Source: Candidatus Micrarchaeota archaeon (lineage in GTDB: Archaea; Micrarchaeota; Micrarchaeia; Norongarragalinales; SBBD01). From it: a DNA stretch of 64,000 nucleotides. The position numbers and the translations under genes were made by a program. The notes below the pieces were generated by a model. It did no database searches and had not been told where the DNA came from. It was given only the letters and a program-made list of their open reading frames with translations. The stretch is from contig JAHJQN010000008.1 in assembly GCA_018819225.1 (NCBI GenBank), positions 96,001 to 160,000 on the forward strand, written 5' to 3'. Below, in pieces: positions 1 to 9,971 of this stretch (position 1 is its first letter; each line of letters starts with the position of its first letter).

Positions 1-627
1 TTTCTTCTCTTCCTCGAGCGCATCGGAAGGCAGCTCCCGAATTTCAGGCGTATCGAATACTTCCTTCAATTCCGTTTTCCGGATTTCCACGCGTTTCAAC
101 GGCGCAATCGTCCTCAACAAGCGATAGATTTCGGCCGACGTTTTACCGAATAACGTATCATAAATGAATTCGCCGAACGTTTTGCTTTCAGCAATGCGTT
201 TTAGTTCAGTCGTCAATCCGTTCCGCAACGCCCGCTTTTGCGTTCCACTGCACGAAACCCCCGTTAACACCACGGCCTTAATACGAAATTCAATCCCATC
301 CTTGGAGGTGACGCTAAACACCGCATTGAGCGCGTCCATACGTCTTCGAACCAATGCGTGAATGTATTCCCGAGACACTTCATGTCCAATGAATTTCGCG
401 TATGCAGACTTTCCCTTGATCTCGGAAACACGCAGTTTGACGTTCGTGTAAACGTGACTCAAATCCTTCGTGATGTCCTTTAACGGAATCTGGATAATGC
501 GGTTTAACATGTGCTCGTCATCCAACGCCGGAATTTGAGCCACTTCCACTTCGTTCAAAAACTTGGGAGCGTGCACGGAATACCAGGACTTGGATTTCCA
601 CGTGTCCACCACTTTCTTTGTTGCCAT
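1..627 (-). CDS. rps3ae: 30S ribosomal protein S3Ae (eS1), 3' end runs off the window
   Basis: Manual translation from ATG at 627 gives MATKKVVDTWKSKSWYSVHAPKF...LNRIIQIPLKDITKD; follows rps15. Confidence 0.93.
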   Translation of the reverse strand, partial: MATKKVVDTWKSKSWYSVHAPKFLNEVEVAQIPALDDEHMLNRIIQIPLKDITKDLSHVYTNVKLRVSEIKGKSAYAKFIGHEVSREYIHALVRRRMDALNAVFSVTSKDGIEFRIKAVVLTGVSCSGTQKRALRNGLTTELKRIAESKTFGEFIYDTLFGKTSAEIYRLLRTIAPLKRVEIRKTELKEVFDTPEIRELPSDALEEEKK

Positions 628-631
628 ACCA

Positions 632-1084
632 TCACTTAACTAATAGGATCGCTGCTTCCGGATCATACTTCCAATTCGCGGGAAGCCGCTTGCCGCGATA
701 AAAACGAACCAAACGCTTAATCTTACTTTCCACGTGCCCCAATTTCACTCGGTTGTGCACATCCTTCTTGTTCGAGGCCAAGTGTTTACGCATGCGCACC
801 GCCCGTTTGATGAGATCCAACAAATCCGAAGGATATTCCGACTGCAAATGATTATCTTTCAATATCGCGAGAATCGTTTTACCCGTAATCATTTTGACAC
901 TCGGAATTCCGTGGTTGTCCCGCAAGATCAAACCGATTTCCGCTTCGCGCTTGCCTTCCTTCGACATTTGGACGACCAGCTTTTCAAGATCTTCCTTTGA
1001 TGTCTCCACCCATATCGGGGTCTGGGTATGCCTCGGCTTGTGGGACTTCGACCGACCTCTCTTACGCGAATGCATACGTGCCAT
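632..1084 (-). CDS. rps15: 30S ribosomal protein S15 (uS15/S13e)
   Basis: MARMHSRKRGRSKS...IGLILRDNHGIP...ESKIKRLVRFY. Confidence 0.97.
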   Translation of the reverse strand: MARMHSRKRGRSKSHKPRHTQTPIWVETSKEDLEKLVVQMSKEGKREAEIGLILRDNHGIPSVKMITGKTILAILKDNHLQSEYPSDLLDLIKRAVRMRKHLASNKKDVHNRVKLGHVESKIKRLVRFYRGKRLPANWKYDPEAAILLVK

Positions 1085-1232
1085 ATAGTAACATCCCTTT
1101 AATGACTCAAGAAACGCCGTAGCGCTTCAGAAAACTAGGGACTTAAAGCGGTATGTAATAGTCCAATAAAGGTATTTAAACGTATTCCCGAGTGGTTCGT
1201 TTAAATAAAACGAGTTCCCGAAGGCTATCACG

Positions 1233-1772
1233 ATGCGGATATTAGCGATGGATGATTCCCCTGCCTCCAACGGACGCGTCACCTGCGTCGGCGTCCTATC
1301 CAACGGGAACAACATCGAAGGCGTACTGATATTTCACATTAAGAAAGATGGATCGAATGCCACCCGTCAATTAATTCGATCGGTAAAACAATCTCGATTT
1401 CGATCGGTCATAAAACTCATTCTCACGCACGGAACCACATTCGGCGGATTAAATATTCTCGATCCTCAAGCCATCGAAAAAGAATTGAACATTCCGTGGA
1501 TGGGAGTCGTTCGAAAAAAATCCAAAGGAACCATTCAAAAGGCGATTCACGCCGCCCATAAAAGCCAAAGATTAATAAGACGCAAGCGGTTATTTCTCGA
1601 GAATGCGGGCCCCATATTAGAGGAATGCGGCATGTTTTTCCATTTCCGGGGTTTGCGAGAACACGAAGCGAGAGCCGTTATGAAACAATTCCGCGGATTT
1701 CCCAATGAACTCCGCCTCGCGCACTTAATCGCTTCCGCATTGAGTCGAGGAGAATCCTATGGCCGGGCTTAA
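1233..1772 (+). CDS. DUF99/UPF0215 family protein (endonuclease V-like fold)
   Basis: RILAMDD, DGSNAT, GTTFGGLNILD, PNELRLAHLIAS motifs. Confidence 0.8.
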   Translation: MRILAMDDSPASNGRVTCVGVLSNGNNIEGVLIFHIKKDGSNATRQLIRSVKQSRFRSVIKLILTHGTTFGGLNILDPQAIEKELNIPWMGVVRKKSKGTIQKAIHAAHKSQRLIRRKRLFLENAGPILEECGMFFHFRGLREHEARAVMKQFRGFPNELRLAHLIASALSRGESYGRA

Positions 1773-2718
1773 ACTTGAATCAGCGGATTGGTTACTGGGA
1801 ATCACACTCATCGTCATCGTATGGTTATATGCGGCATATCAAACCCCGTTCTTGGGATTATTAGGATTATTAGCGTTGCTTGCTCTCTTAGCCAGAGATA
1901 TTTTTTCTACCAAAACAAAGAAAACAGAAGAAAGAGTTTCGATCGTTGGATTGCGGTTAAGCACTAAATCATTTCTCGGAATCTCTGCTTTACTTTCTGC
2001 CGTCGTGGCGGCTTTGACCTCGGATCTCATCCAACTCTTTGCCCTACTATTGTTGGTACTGAATGCGTTGGCGTTCCTCGACCAGTACGTGCACTTCATG
2101 AAACCCGCCAAAGCCGCCATCATCGAATTGGATTCCGCGTTCTTTGCGGCGCTATTCGTTTGGCTGTTCATCGGATTCATCTTGAACACGTCCACGCCAA
2201 TCGACGTGGTAACGAGTTGTTCCATGGTTCCCACCCTCGACCGCGGAGATCTGATCATCATTCAAGGCGCAGAAGTTTATGCACCCGACGTCACGCTATC
2301 TCGACCGATTTCATTAGGAGCGGATTTCATCAAAGACACGTGCATTATCCGAGACAAGTACTCCGAAGCGGAAGTGCAAACCCTGTGCAGCCAAGGCCTT
2401 CTAGTCGATGGAACCCTTCACCCGTTTACGAAAGAAGGGGATATTATCGTGTTCGAACCCCCGCAATACGCTCAACTCGGACTCATCGTGCATCGCGTGG
2501 CCCTCAAGCTAAACAGCGAAGGAAAAACGTACTACCTCACCAAGGGCGACAACAACCCATCAACGGATCTGGAAGCGCTTGCGCGCACGTTACCCGAAGA
2601 TCACCATGTGAACGGGAGGATGATTGCACGCATCCCGTACATCGGCTATTTAAAGTTGTTTCTCGCTTTTCAATTTGAAGAACCTGCGGGATGCCGACGC
2701 ATCTTACAAGGGAACTAA
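1759..2718 (+). CDS. Signal peptidase I (Sec11/S26) with extra N-terminal TM helices
   Basis: VVTSCSMVPTLDRGDL (Ser), IVHRV (His), TKGDNN, RIPYIG. Confidence 0.88.
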   Translation: MAGLKLESADWLLGITLIVIVWLYAAYQTPFLGLLGLLALLALLARDIFSTKTKKTEERVSIVGLRLSTKSFLGISALLSAVVAALTSDLIQLFALLLLVLNALAFLDQYVHFMKPAKAAIIELDSAFFAALFVWLFIGFILNTSTPIDVVTSCSMVPTLDRGDLIIIQGAEVYAPDVTLSRPISLGADFIKDTCIIRDKYSEAEVQTLCSQGLLVDGTLHPFTKEGDIIVFEPPQYAQLGLIVHRVALKLNSEGKTYYLTKGDNNPSTDLEALARTLPEDHHVNGRMIARIPYIGYLKLFLAFQFEEPAGCRRILQGN

Positions 2719-2719
2719 C

Positions 2720-3391
2720 ATGAACGTTCTCGTCTACCCGTCCATGCTTTCAGCGGACGTTACCAATTTTAAAAACGAACTCAAACGCGTCGAGGCCGCA
2801 GAAGCCGACGGCGTGCACTGGGACGTGATGGATCTGCATTTCGTTCCCAATTTGACCTTTGGATTCTCGCTCATACGTGACTTGCGAAAACACACCGCGC
2901 TCTACTTCGATGTCCACCTCATGATCGAACATCCGGGGAAATGGATCGATGCCTTTGCCGACGCCGGAGCAGACCACATCACGTTTCATATCGAAGCCTG
3001 CGAAACATTCGACGAGGCCATGCAAATCATTCAGAAAATTAAGAAGAAAAAGAAGCAAGTGGGAATCGCGCTTAAACCCGCGACGGACTGGCGAGCCATC
3101 CAATCCGCCCTCCCGTTATTGGATGCCGTACTCGTGATGACCGTCGAACCCGGATTCGGAGGCCAGGCGTTGATGCCGGACATGCTCGAAAAAATCAAAT
3201 CATTGCGACAACACGTCGACGAAAACCAATTGAAAACACGGATTCAAGTGGATGGAGGCATCACCATAAAGAATGTTCAAACCGTGAAAGCCGCCGGCGC
3301 CGATTGTCTGGTATCCGGCAGCGGAATCTTCCAATTCAAAACGCAGACGGAAATGGCGAACGTCATTCAGGAAATGAGGAGAGGCCCATGA
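2720..3391 (+). CDS. rpe: Ribulose-phosphate 3-epimerase
   Basis: PSMLSAD, HWDVMD, FVPNLTFG, MTVEPGFGGQ, VDGGI; start taken at ATG 2720. Confidence 0.96.
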   Translation: MNVLVYPSMLSADVTNFKNELKRVEAAEADGVHWDVMDLHFVPNLTFGFSLIRDLRKHTALYFDVHLMIEHPGKWIDAFADAGADHITFHIEACETFDEAMQIIQKIKKKKKQVGIALKPATDWRAIQSALPLLDAVLVMTVEPGFGGQALMPDMLEKIKSLRQHVDENQLKTRIQVDGGITIKNVQTVKAAGADCLVSGSGIFQFKTQTEMANVIQEMRRGP

Positions 3392-4197
3392 GCTTCCATG
3401 AAAAATACGCCAACGCACGGGAAAAAAAGAATAGCGTATTATGCGTCGGACTCGATCCCGTCAGCATCTTTTTCAAGGACACCGGGTCCATTCCCCGAAA
3501 GTACTTCGAAAAAAAGGATGAGGTGCAAGGCATGGCGGACTTTTGTCTTGACCTCGTCGATCAAACGAAATCGCACGCGTGCGCCTACAAAATCAATGCG
3601 CAATTCGCGCTCCCTTTTTCCATCAGACAATTGAACGAGATCACGGCACGCGTTTCGCAGACGGGAGCCATCAGCATCTTCGACCTTAAACTCTCCGATA
3701 TTGGGAGCAGCAACGAATCCGCCATTTACTGGATGAAAAAAGCGGGTTTCGATGCCTTCACGTATTCGCCATTTCCCGGCAATCTTTCGGAAGTCACGCA
3801 ACAAGCCCATGCCATGGATCTGGGCGTGATCGCTCTCGCCCTCATGAGTCATCCCGACGCCCGATACTTCATGACGGAAAGCCAAGTGGAGCGGCAAAAA
3901 GGATTCGAATGGATTGCAGAATCCAGTGCGCGAAACGGAATCGACGGATTAGTGGTCGGTGCCACGAATCCTCCGGAACTCATTGAAGCATGCAAAGCGA
4001 AAGCCGCTCCGCAAACCGTTTTCCTGGTGCCCGGTGTCGGAACACAAGAAGGAAACGCCCAAACCGTTCTGAAAATTCTGGGAGAAAACGTCCTCGTCAA
4101 CGTGGGCCGTAGTCTCATCTATTCCGAAGACCCTCAAGAAAAAGCCGAGGCCTACCAAAGGAAATTCAACGAATGGCGTCAGCAAGCTAAAGAGTAG
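3388..4197 (+). CDS. pyrF: Orotidine-5'-phosphate decarboxylase
   Basis: LCVGLDP, DLKLSDIG (DxKxxD), LVVGAT, LVPGVG; ATGA overlap with rpe. Confidence 0.93.
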   Translation: MSFHEKYANAREKKNSVLCVGLDPVSIFFKDTGSIPRKYFEKKDEVQGMADFCLDLVDQTKSHACAYKINAQFALPFSIRQLNEITARVSQTGAISIFDLKLSDIGSSNESAIYWMKKAGFDAFTYSPFPGNLSEVTQQAHAMDLGVIALALMSHPDARYFMTESQVERQKGFEWIAESSARNGIDGLVVGATNPPELIEACKAKAAPQTVFLVPGVGTQEGNAQTVLKILGENVLVNVGRSLIYSEDPQEKAEAYQRKFNEWRQQAKE

Positions 4198-4276
4198 TTT
4201 TAAATACGTTGACTTGCACACACTATTCCGCTGATTTTATCGTCTTTATTCAGCAAGTTAGTCTCAGGTGTACGAC

Positions 4277-4975
4277 ATGGGTCTTCGCCCCGCTAGAACC
4301 GTTCGCGAATATAAGGGCCAGCCGTGGGCACGCATTTCCGTTAAAAGACCTCGAAAAAGCTTCGTGAAAGGAGCTCCCAGACCCAAAGTCCGACAATACA
4401 ACATGGGCACGGACCAATTCTACGAAATTCAAGTGGACATGATCAGCGACGAAGACATTCAGCTGCGGGACAACGCCATCGAAAGTGCCCGCCAAGTCAC
4501 GGGAAAATACTTGGAAAAGAACTTGCCCAACAATTACTTCTTCGGCATCCTCAAGTACCCGCACATCGTCATCCGAGAGCATTCCGCCCTAGGAGTTGCG
4601 GGAGCCGACCGAATCTCCAAAGGAATGAAAATGGCGTTTGGACGCCCCAAAGGACGTCTTGCACGCATCGGAAAAGGCGAGCCGGTATTCCGCGTAAGAG
4701 TCGCTGCCAGCGCGCTACCCGTCGTAAAAGAAGCGATCAAGCGCGCAAAAATCAAGATGTCCGGCGCCTACCACGAAGAAGTCAAAGACATCCAGAACGA
4801 GGCATTTAACCGCGCAAAAATTGGAAAAGTCATTGTCATGAAGAAAGTGGAAGAAATCAAGCCCAAAGCGCCAGCAGTCGAAACCGCACCGGCCGAAGGC
4901 GAAGAAAAGAAGGACGAAAAAGCCGAGGGCAAAGAAGAGAAGAAAGCAGAAGTCAAAGAAGAAAAGAAGAAGTAG
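4277..4975 (+). CDS. rpl10e: 50S ribosomal protein L10e (uL16) with E/K-rich tail
   Basis: MGLRPAR, AIESARQ, GADRISKGMKMAFGRP; AGGTG RBS. Confidence 0.96.
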   Translation: MGLRPARTVREYKGQPWARISVKRPRKSFVKGAPRPKVRQYNMGTDQFYEIQVDMISDEDIQLRDNAIESARQVTGKYLEKNLPNNYFFGILKYPHIVIREHSALGVAGADRISKGMKMAFGRPKGRLARIGKGEPVFRVRVAASALPVVKEAIKRAKIKMSGAYHEEVKDIQNEAFNRAKIGKVIVMKKVEEIKPKAPAVETAPAEGEEKKDEKAEGKEEKKAEVKEEKKK

Positions 4976-4986
4976 GCGAACCCCCT

Positions 4987-5235
4987 ATGGGTAAAGTGCT
5001 CACCCGTCTTAAAATCTTCCCGAAAGAAGGCCAGGATGCGCAACAACTCGCGGACCGAATCAAACAAACGGAAGGCTGCAACACCTCAAAAGTCGAAGAC
5101 TTTGTTTTTGGAACCAAAATCGTTATCGCCTCGTTCATCTGCCAAGATGGCGAAAGCAAAGACTTCGAGGATATCGTTAAACTCGTGGAAGGCGTCAGCG
5201 AAGTCCAAGTCGAGGAAGTCGGGCTCATCTCCTAA
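4987..5235 (+). CDS. ef1b: Elongation factor 1-beta
   Basis: MGKVLTRLKIFP, FVFGTK, VEGVSEVQVEEV; 82 aa. Confidence 0.85.
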   Translation: MGKVLTRLKIFPKEGQDAQQLADRIKQTEGCNTSKVEDFVFGTKIVIASFICQDGESKDFEDIVKLVEGVSEVQVEEVGLIS

Positions 5236-5303
5236 TTCGTTCGGGCCGCCAACGAAACAAATCCTCTTTAATAGGAACCGATCGTGATAGCTGGGCAGGG
5301 AAT

Positions 5304-6119
5304 ATGACGTACGTCATCAAACTCAACGGAAAACGCGAGCCGTTCCAGGAACGAAAACTGGCGCAATCGCTTCGAAAAGCCGGGGCGGATCGCGAAACCA
5401 TCGACGGCATCCTCCAAAAAATCCGGCCCACGCTTTACGACGGCATATCCACAAAACAATTATTCCAATACGCCTTCCGAGAACTCGCTAAATACCGGCC
5501 GCACTCTGCCAGCCGATTCGACTTAAAGAATGCGTTGCTGCGACTAGGAAAAGAAGGAAGAGTCTTCGAAAAGTTTACGGCCAAACTCCTGCAACGAAAA
5601 GGATACGCCACGCAATTGAACCGAATCGTGCGCGGAAAATATGTTACGCATGAAATCGACGTGATCGCGGACCGAAAAGGGGAGCGGCTCATGGTCGAAT
5701 GCAAACACTCCGTATTACCGTGGAAAGGAACGAACATTCAGACCGCATTATACGTGTACGCCCGTTTCCTAGACGTAAAACCCCAGTTTACGGCGCCGTT
5801 ATTGGCAACGAATACCAAGTTTTCGGATCAGGTTATTGCCTATTCAAAAGGCGTGAATTTGCAGCTCCTGGGTTGGAAGTATCCAAAAGGCAACAGCCTG
5901 GAATCCAATATCGAGGAATTTAAACTGTATCCCATCACCGTGCTTCGAAGCATTCCCCGCAACCGTTTGCCCAGCCTATTTGAAAACGGCATGGTGTTAG
6001 TGGCTGAAATCGCAGAAAAAAATCCGAAGGAATTAGAGCGCTTGCTGCGAGTCCGACTTCGAAAAGCCGATGCGATCATCCAGGAAGCACAAGCGCTTTC
6101 CCAACCCTCCCCACAATAA
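5304..6119 (+). CDS. ATP-cone plus Mrr-like PD-(D/E)XK nuclease domain protein
   Basis: N-terminal VIKLNGKREPFQERKL (ATP-cone); FEKF, HEIDVIA, VECKH; C-terminal HhH-like region. Confidence 0.8.
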   Translation: MTYVIKLNGKREPFQERKLAQSLRKAGADRETIDGILQKIRPTLYDGISTKQLFQYAFRELAKYRPHSASRFDLKNALLRLGKEGRVFEKFTAKLLQRKGYATQLNRIVRGKYVTHEIDVIADRKGERLMVECKHSVLPWKGTNIQTALYVYARFLDVKPQFTAPLLATNTKFSDQVIAYSKGVNLQLLGWKYPKGNSLESNIEEFKLYPITVLRSIPRNRLPSLFENGMVLVAEIAEKNPKELERLLRVRLRKADAIIQEAQALSQPSPQ

Positions 6120-6128
6120 ATCAAGGAA

Positions 6129-6749
6129 CTATTCGAGCAATGCGCACACTTCTTCATCCATCGTTTGGGAAAACCGTTCATAAAACTGTCCGACGGATGC
6201 AAAATGAGAAGGCGTTTCCAGACAAATAAACTCATCGGCCATGGAACGAAATTCCTTCGCGGTATCTGGAGAACAAACGGGAACCGCTACAATGATCTTG
6301 CAAGGCCCTTGATGACGCCAACAATCAATGGCCGCTTTAAGCGTCGCTCCCGTTGCAATCCCGTCATCTACGGCGATAACGGTTTGGCCGGTCACCTCGG
6401 TCGAATCCGTGATCCCAAACGCTTTCATGCGCCGCCTCACTTCCTCAAATTCTTTTTTCAAAACCGTTATTTTGTAATCGGATGAAACGGATAGAAAACG
6501 AAGAACGTCTTCATTCCAATACGGTTTCCCGTCATGACTCACCGCTCCGATGGCCAGTTCAGGATTACCTGGCGCGCCCAGTTTTCGAACGACGAACCCC
6601 TTCAGGGGAAGATGCAACGAATCGGCGACGACTTTCGCGACCACGACGCCCCCACGAGGAATGCCGAATACGATCACGCCGGGTTTTCCCGAATAACGAA
6701 TGAGCTGGGCGGCCAGCATCGCACCCGCATTCCTCCGATCACGGAACAT
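6129..6749 (-). CDS. Phosphoribosyltransferase family protein
   Basis: MFRDRRNAG, GIPRGG, VDDGIATGAT PRPP loop, AVPV. Confidence 0.9.
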   Translation of the reverse strand: MFRDRRNAGAMLAAQLIRYSGKPGVIVFGIPRGGVVVAKVVADSLHLPLKGFVVRKLGAPGNPELAIGAVSHDGKPYWNEDVLRFLSVSSDYKITVLKKEFEEVRRRMKAFGITDSTEVTGQTVIAVDDGIATGATLKAAIDCWRHQGPCKIIVAVPVCSPDTAKEFRSMADEFICLETPSHFASVGQFYERFSQTMDEEVCALLE

Positions 6750-6781
6750 GAAGAATCTCCCTCCGATGGACGAAACCCCGT

Positions 6782-8026
6782 TTATTTTACTTGCGAGCCA
6801 TTCGGCACATTCTTGTAAACCGACACGCCCGGGAATATGCGGCAATCTTCCCCCACAAGGACTCCGCAATTAATGCTGGCATTCACGCCCGTTTTGGTTC
6901 CTTTCCCCACAACGGAACCCAGCTTATTCCGCTTGGAATCAATGGTCAATCCATGCAAGGTAATCATAATGCTTGACGAATCGAATTTCAGGTTGGCGAT
7001 CATGGTGCCGGCGCCCAAGTTCACGTTCTCGCAGACAATCGAATCACCGATATATGAAAGATGCGCGGCATTCGAGTTATGCATGACGACTGAGGCTTTC
7101 AATTCCGTGGAATGACCGACATGACAATTGCTTTCGATGACGACGCCTTTCCGCAAGTACGCATGCGGACCCACCACCGAATTCTCGCCGATGAACGCAT
7201 TCCCCTCAATATACGTTCCACTTTTAATCATGGCGCCTTTCGCAACGGACAGTTTTCCTTTCACCGTCACGTTCGGTTCCAACGAGCCTTCGCGCGCTTC
7301 GGTCATCAAATGCTCTAACGCGTACTGGTTCGCATGCAAGAAATTCCAGAAATAGCCTACATCCGTCCAGAACCCCGGAAACTCAACCACTTTGAGCGGT
7401 TTCCGTTTCGCATACGAAAGCAACGCGTCCGTTAATTCGAACTCCTTGCGTTTGGAAAGGGATACTTTGCGAAGTTCAGAAAAGAATTCTCGAGGCAAGA
7501 AAAGCGTTCCCGTATTGACGTCATTGGATTCCGATTTCAACGGTTTTTCCACGAGATCCTTAAGGCAATCGCTTTCATCCATAATCAACACGCCGTAAGA
7601 AGAGGCATCCTTTTCCTGCTTCGCGACCAAAAAAGGCCCTTCCAACGTCGATTTCAACAAGAACGAATACAACGAGGGATCAAAAAACGAGTCGCCGTTG
7701 AGCACGAAAAAAAAGGCCGTGGAAATCGCGTTTTCCGCCTTCTTCAACGCATCCGCGGTACCCAACTGCTCCTTCTGTTCCACGAATTTCAGTTTCTTGG
7801 CGTACGGCTTGTGACGGAAGTGATCCACGATCTTATTCTTCTCGAAACCCACGACCATCACAATGTGATTCGTTTGATCCCCAAACGTTTCCAAAATGCC
7901 TTCCACCATCCACTCCAACAACGGTTTCTGTAAAACCCGAATCATGGATTTGGGGTACGAATACGTCATGGGTTGAAGCCGCTTGCCTTGCCCCGCCGCC
8001 AACAACACGAAATCATACCGTTCCAT
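6782..8026 (-). CDS. glmU: Bifunctional sugar-1-phosphate nucleotidylyltransferase/acetyltransferase (archaeal GlmU-like)
   Basis: LAAGQGKRL, EQLGTADA, EKP, C-terminal hexapeptide repeats, HLSYIGDS; downstream of glmS. Confidence 0.88.
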   Translation of the reverse strand: MERYDFVLLAAGQGKRLQPMTYSYPKSMIRVLQKPLLEWMVEGILETFGDQTNHIVMVVGFEKNKIVDHFRHKPYAKKLKFVEQKEQLGTADALKKAENAISTAFFFVLNGDSFFDPSLYSFLLKSTLEGPFLVAKQEKDASSYGVLIMDESDCLKDLVEKPLKSESNDVNTGTLFLPREFFSELRKVSLSKRKEFELTDALLSYAKRKPLKVVEFPGFWTDVGYFWNFLHANQYALEHLMTEAREGSLEPNVTVKGKLSVAKGAMIKSGTYIEGNAFIGENSVVGPHAYLRKGVVIESNCHVGHSTELKASVVMHNSNAAHLSYIGDSIVCENVNLGAGTMIANLKFDSSSIMITLHGLTIDSKRNKLGSVVGKGTKTGVNASINCGVLVGEDCRIFPGVSVYKNVPNGSQVK

Positions 8027-8035
8027 ACAACGCCC

Positions 8036-9814
8036 TCATTTCACGGTAACACTTTTAGCTAAATTGCGCGGCCGATCCGGATTGATTCCTCGATAGACCG
8101 CACAATAATACGCCAATAACTGAAGCGGAATGACCGCCAACAACGGACTCACGCGATTGGAGGCTTTTGGAAGCTCGAGCCACTCGTCATAGGATTCATG
8201 ATGCTCCTCACTCACCCCAATCACCCACGCTCCCCGCGCTTTCGTCTCCATCGCATTTCCAATGGAGGCCTCCCGGCTTTCCTTGCCTGCATTCAATAAT
8301 AGGATAGGCGTACGCTTCTCCACCAACGCAAGCGTTCCATGCTTCAACTCTCCGGCGGGCATGCCCTCGGCATGAATATACGAAATTTCCTTCATTTTCA
8401 AAGCCCCTTCCAATGCCAACGGATAATTAATGGCTCGACCAATGAAATACACGTCCTGCCGTTCACTCAAGACCTTCGCAAGAACTTTCACACGCTCATG
8501 ATTCGTTTCAATCGTTTCCCGAATCCAATGCGACAACGTCCGCAAATCCTGAAGACCTTTCCGAACCTCCCCATTCAAGGTTTGGGCCAGTAAATACAAA
8601 ATAGCGAGTTGACCCATAAATGCCTTCGTAGACGCCACCGCGATCTCCGGTCCCACGCGAAGGTATAACACCCGCTCGCTCATACGCTCGATGCTGCTTC
8701 CCACGACATTTACAATCGAAAAAATGCGTGCGCCTTTGGCCCGCGCCAACTTCAACGCGTTTAACACGTCCGCGGTTTCCCCGCTCTGAGAAATCGCTAT
8801 CACCAACGATCCATCCGACAACGATGTCTGCAGATACGGAAATTCAGAGGCATTGACCACATTGACATGCTTGCGCGCTATGCGGTCAAATAAGTACTGC
8901 CCCGCCAAACCCGCGTGCAACGCCGTGCCATTGGCGACCAATATGACCCCCTTCGCGTTCTTGATTTCATTCGCAAACGCTACCACATCCTCTTCATCCT
9001 GCATCGACGCATGCTTAATCGCTTGAGGCTGCTCCTCGATTTCCTTTAACATGAAGTGTTCGTAATCTCCTTTCTCCGATGACTCGGCTTTCCAATCGAT
9101 TTGGGAAACCGTCTTTCCAATCCCTTGGCCGTCGAACGTGAAACACTCGAACCGCTTCGGAGAAAGGATCGCGAGTTCTCCGTCATTCAAGTACACGACC
9201 CGGCTCGTATATTTCAAAATGGGCACGGGATCACTGGCCGCAAACAATTTGTTTTGATCAATACCCAGAATCAACGGACTTTCATTCTTGACTGCGATCA
9301 ACGTATTCGTGCCGGCTTCCGTAATCAGCAATCCGTACGAGCCCCGCAACATGGAAATCGCGGAAAGCACCGCATCCTTCAATGTCGCCTTGCCCTTTAA
9401 TTCATCTTCAATGAGATGGACAATGACTTCACTGTCCGTTCCCGAAGAAAACAAGTGACCCTTCCGAGACAATGCGCTCCGAATGGACAAATAGTTTTCA
9501 ATGATTCCGTTATGTACGACGGCAATACGTCCGTCACAAGACAAATGCGGGTGGGCATTCTTTTCGGAGACGCCGCCATGCGTTGCCCAACGGGTATGCC
9601 CAATTCCCCGCGTTCCCTTCAGCTCCGACGGAACCGCGGATTTCTCGAAGTCGTTCAAGGTTCCCACTGCTTTTCTCATCGTCAACGTATCGCGTTCTGC
9701 CACGACCATGCCAGCCGAATCGTATCCCCGATACTCTAGACCCCGAAGGCCTTCCAGTAACAACGACCCTGCAGGTTCTTCACGATCAGATACAAATCCT
9801 AAGATGCCGCACAA
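8036..9814 (-). CDS. glmS: Glutamine--fructose-6-phosphate transaminase
   Basis: MCGI, LEYRGYDSAG, GHTRWATHG, SQSGETAD, PRNLAKSVTV; TTG start. Confidence 0.98.
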   Translation of the reverse strand: MCGILGFVSDREEPAGSLLLEGLRGLEYRGYDSAGMVVAERDTLTMRKAVGTLNDFEKSAVPSELKGTRGIGHTRWATHGGVSEKNAHPHLSCDGRIAVVHNGIIENYLSIRSALSRKGHLFSSGTDSEVIVHLIEDELKGKATLKDAVLSAISMLRGSYGLLITEAGTNTLIAVKNESPLILGIDQNKLFAASDPVPILKYTSRVVYLNDGELAILSPKRFECFTFDGQGIGKTVSQIDWKAESSEKGDYEHFMLKEIEEQPQAIKHASMQDEEDVVAFANEIKNAKGVILVANGTALHAGLAGQYLFDRIARKHVNVVNASEFPYLQTSLSDGSLVIAISQSGETADVLNALKLARAKGARIFSIVNVVGSSIERMSERVLYLRVGPEIAVASTKAFMGQLAILYLLAQTLNGEVRKGLQDLRTLSHWIRETIETNHERVKVLAKVLSERQDVYFIGRAINYPLALEGALKMKEISYIHAEGMPAGELKHGTLALVEKRTPILLLNAGKESREASIGNAMETKARGAWVIGVSEEHHESYDEWLELPKASNRVSPLLAVIPLQLLAYYCAVYRGINPDRPRNLAKSVTVK

Positions 9815-9971
9815 AAAAATCCCCCATAAAATGATAACAAAAGCACTGGCGCGGCCGACTATTTATATCCCGCTAATAGGACCGCCGCGATATATAAAAA
9901 ACATCCTATAATGCAATTAATATAATACCCATACCTTTATAAAATTCACCATAATAGTATTAATTGATTTA

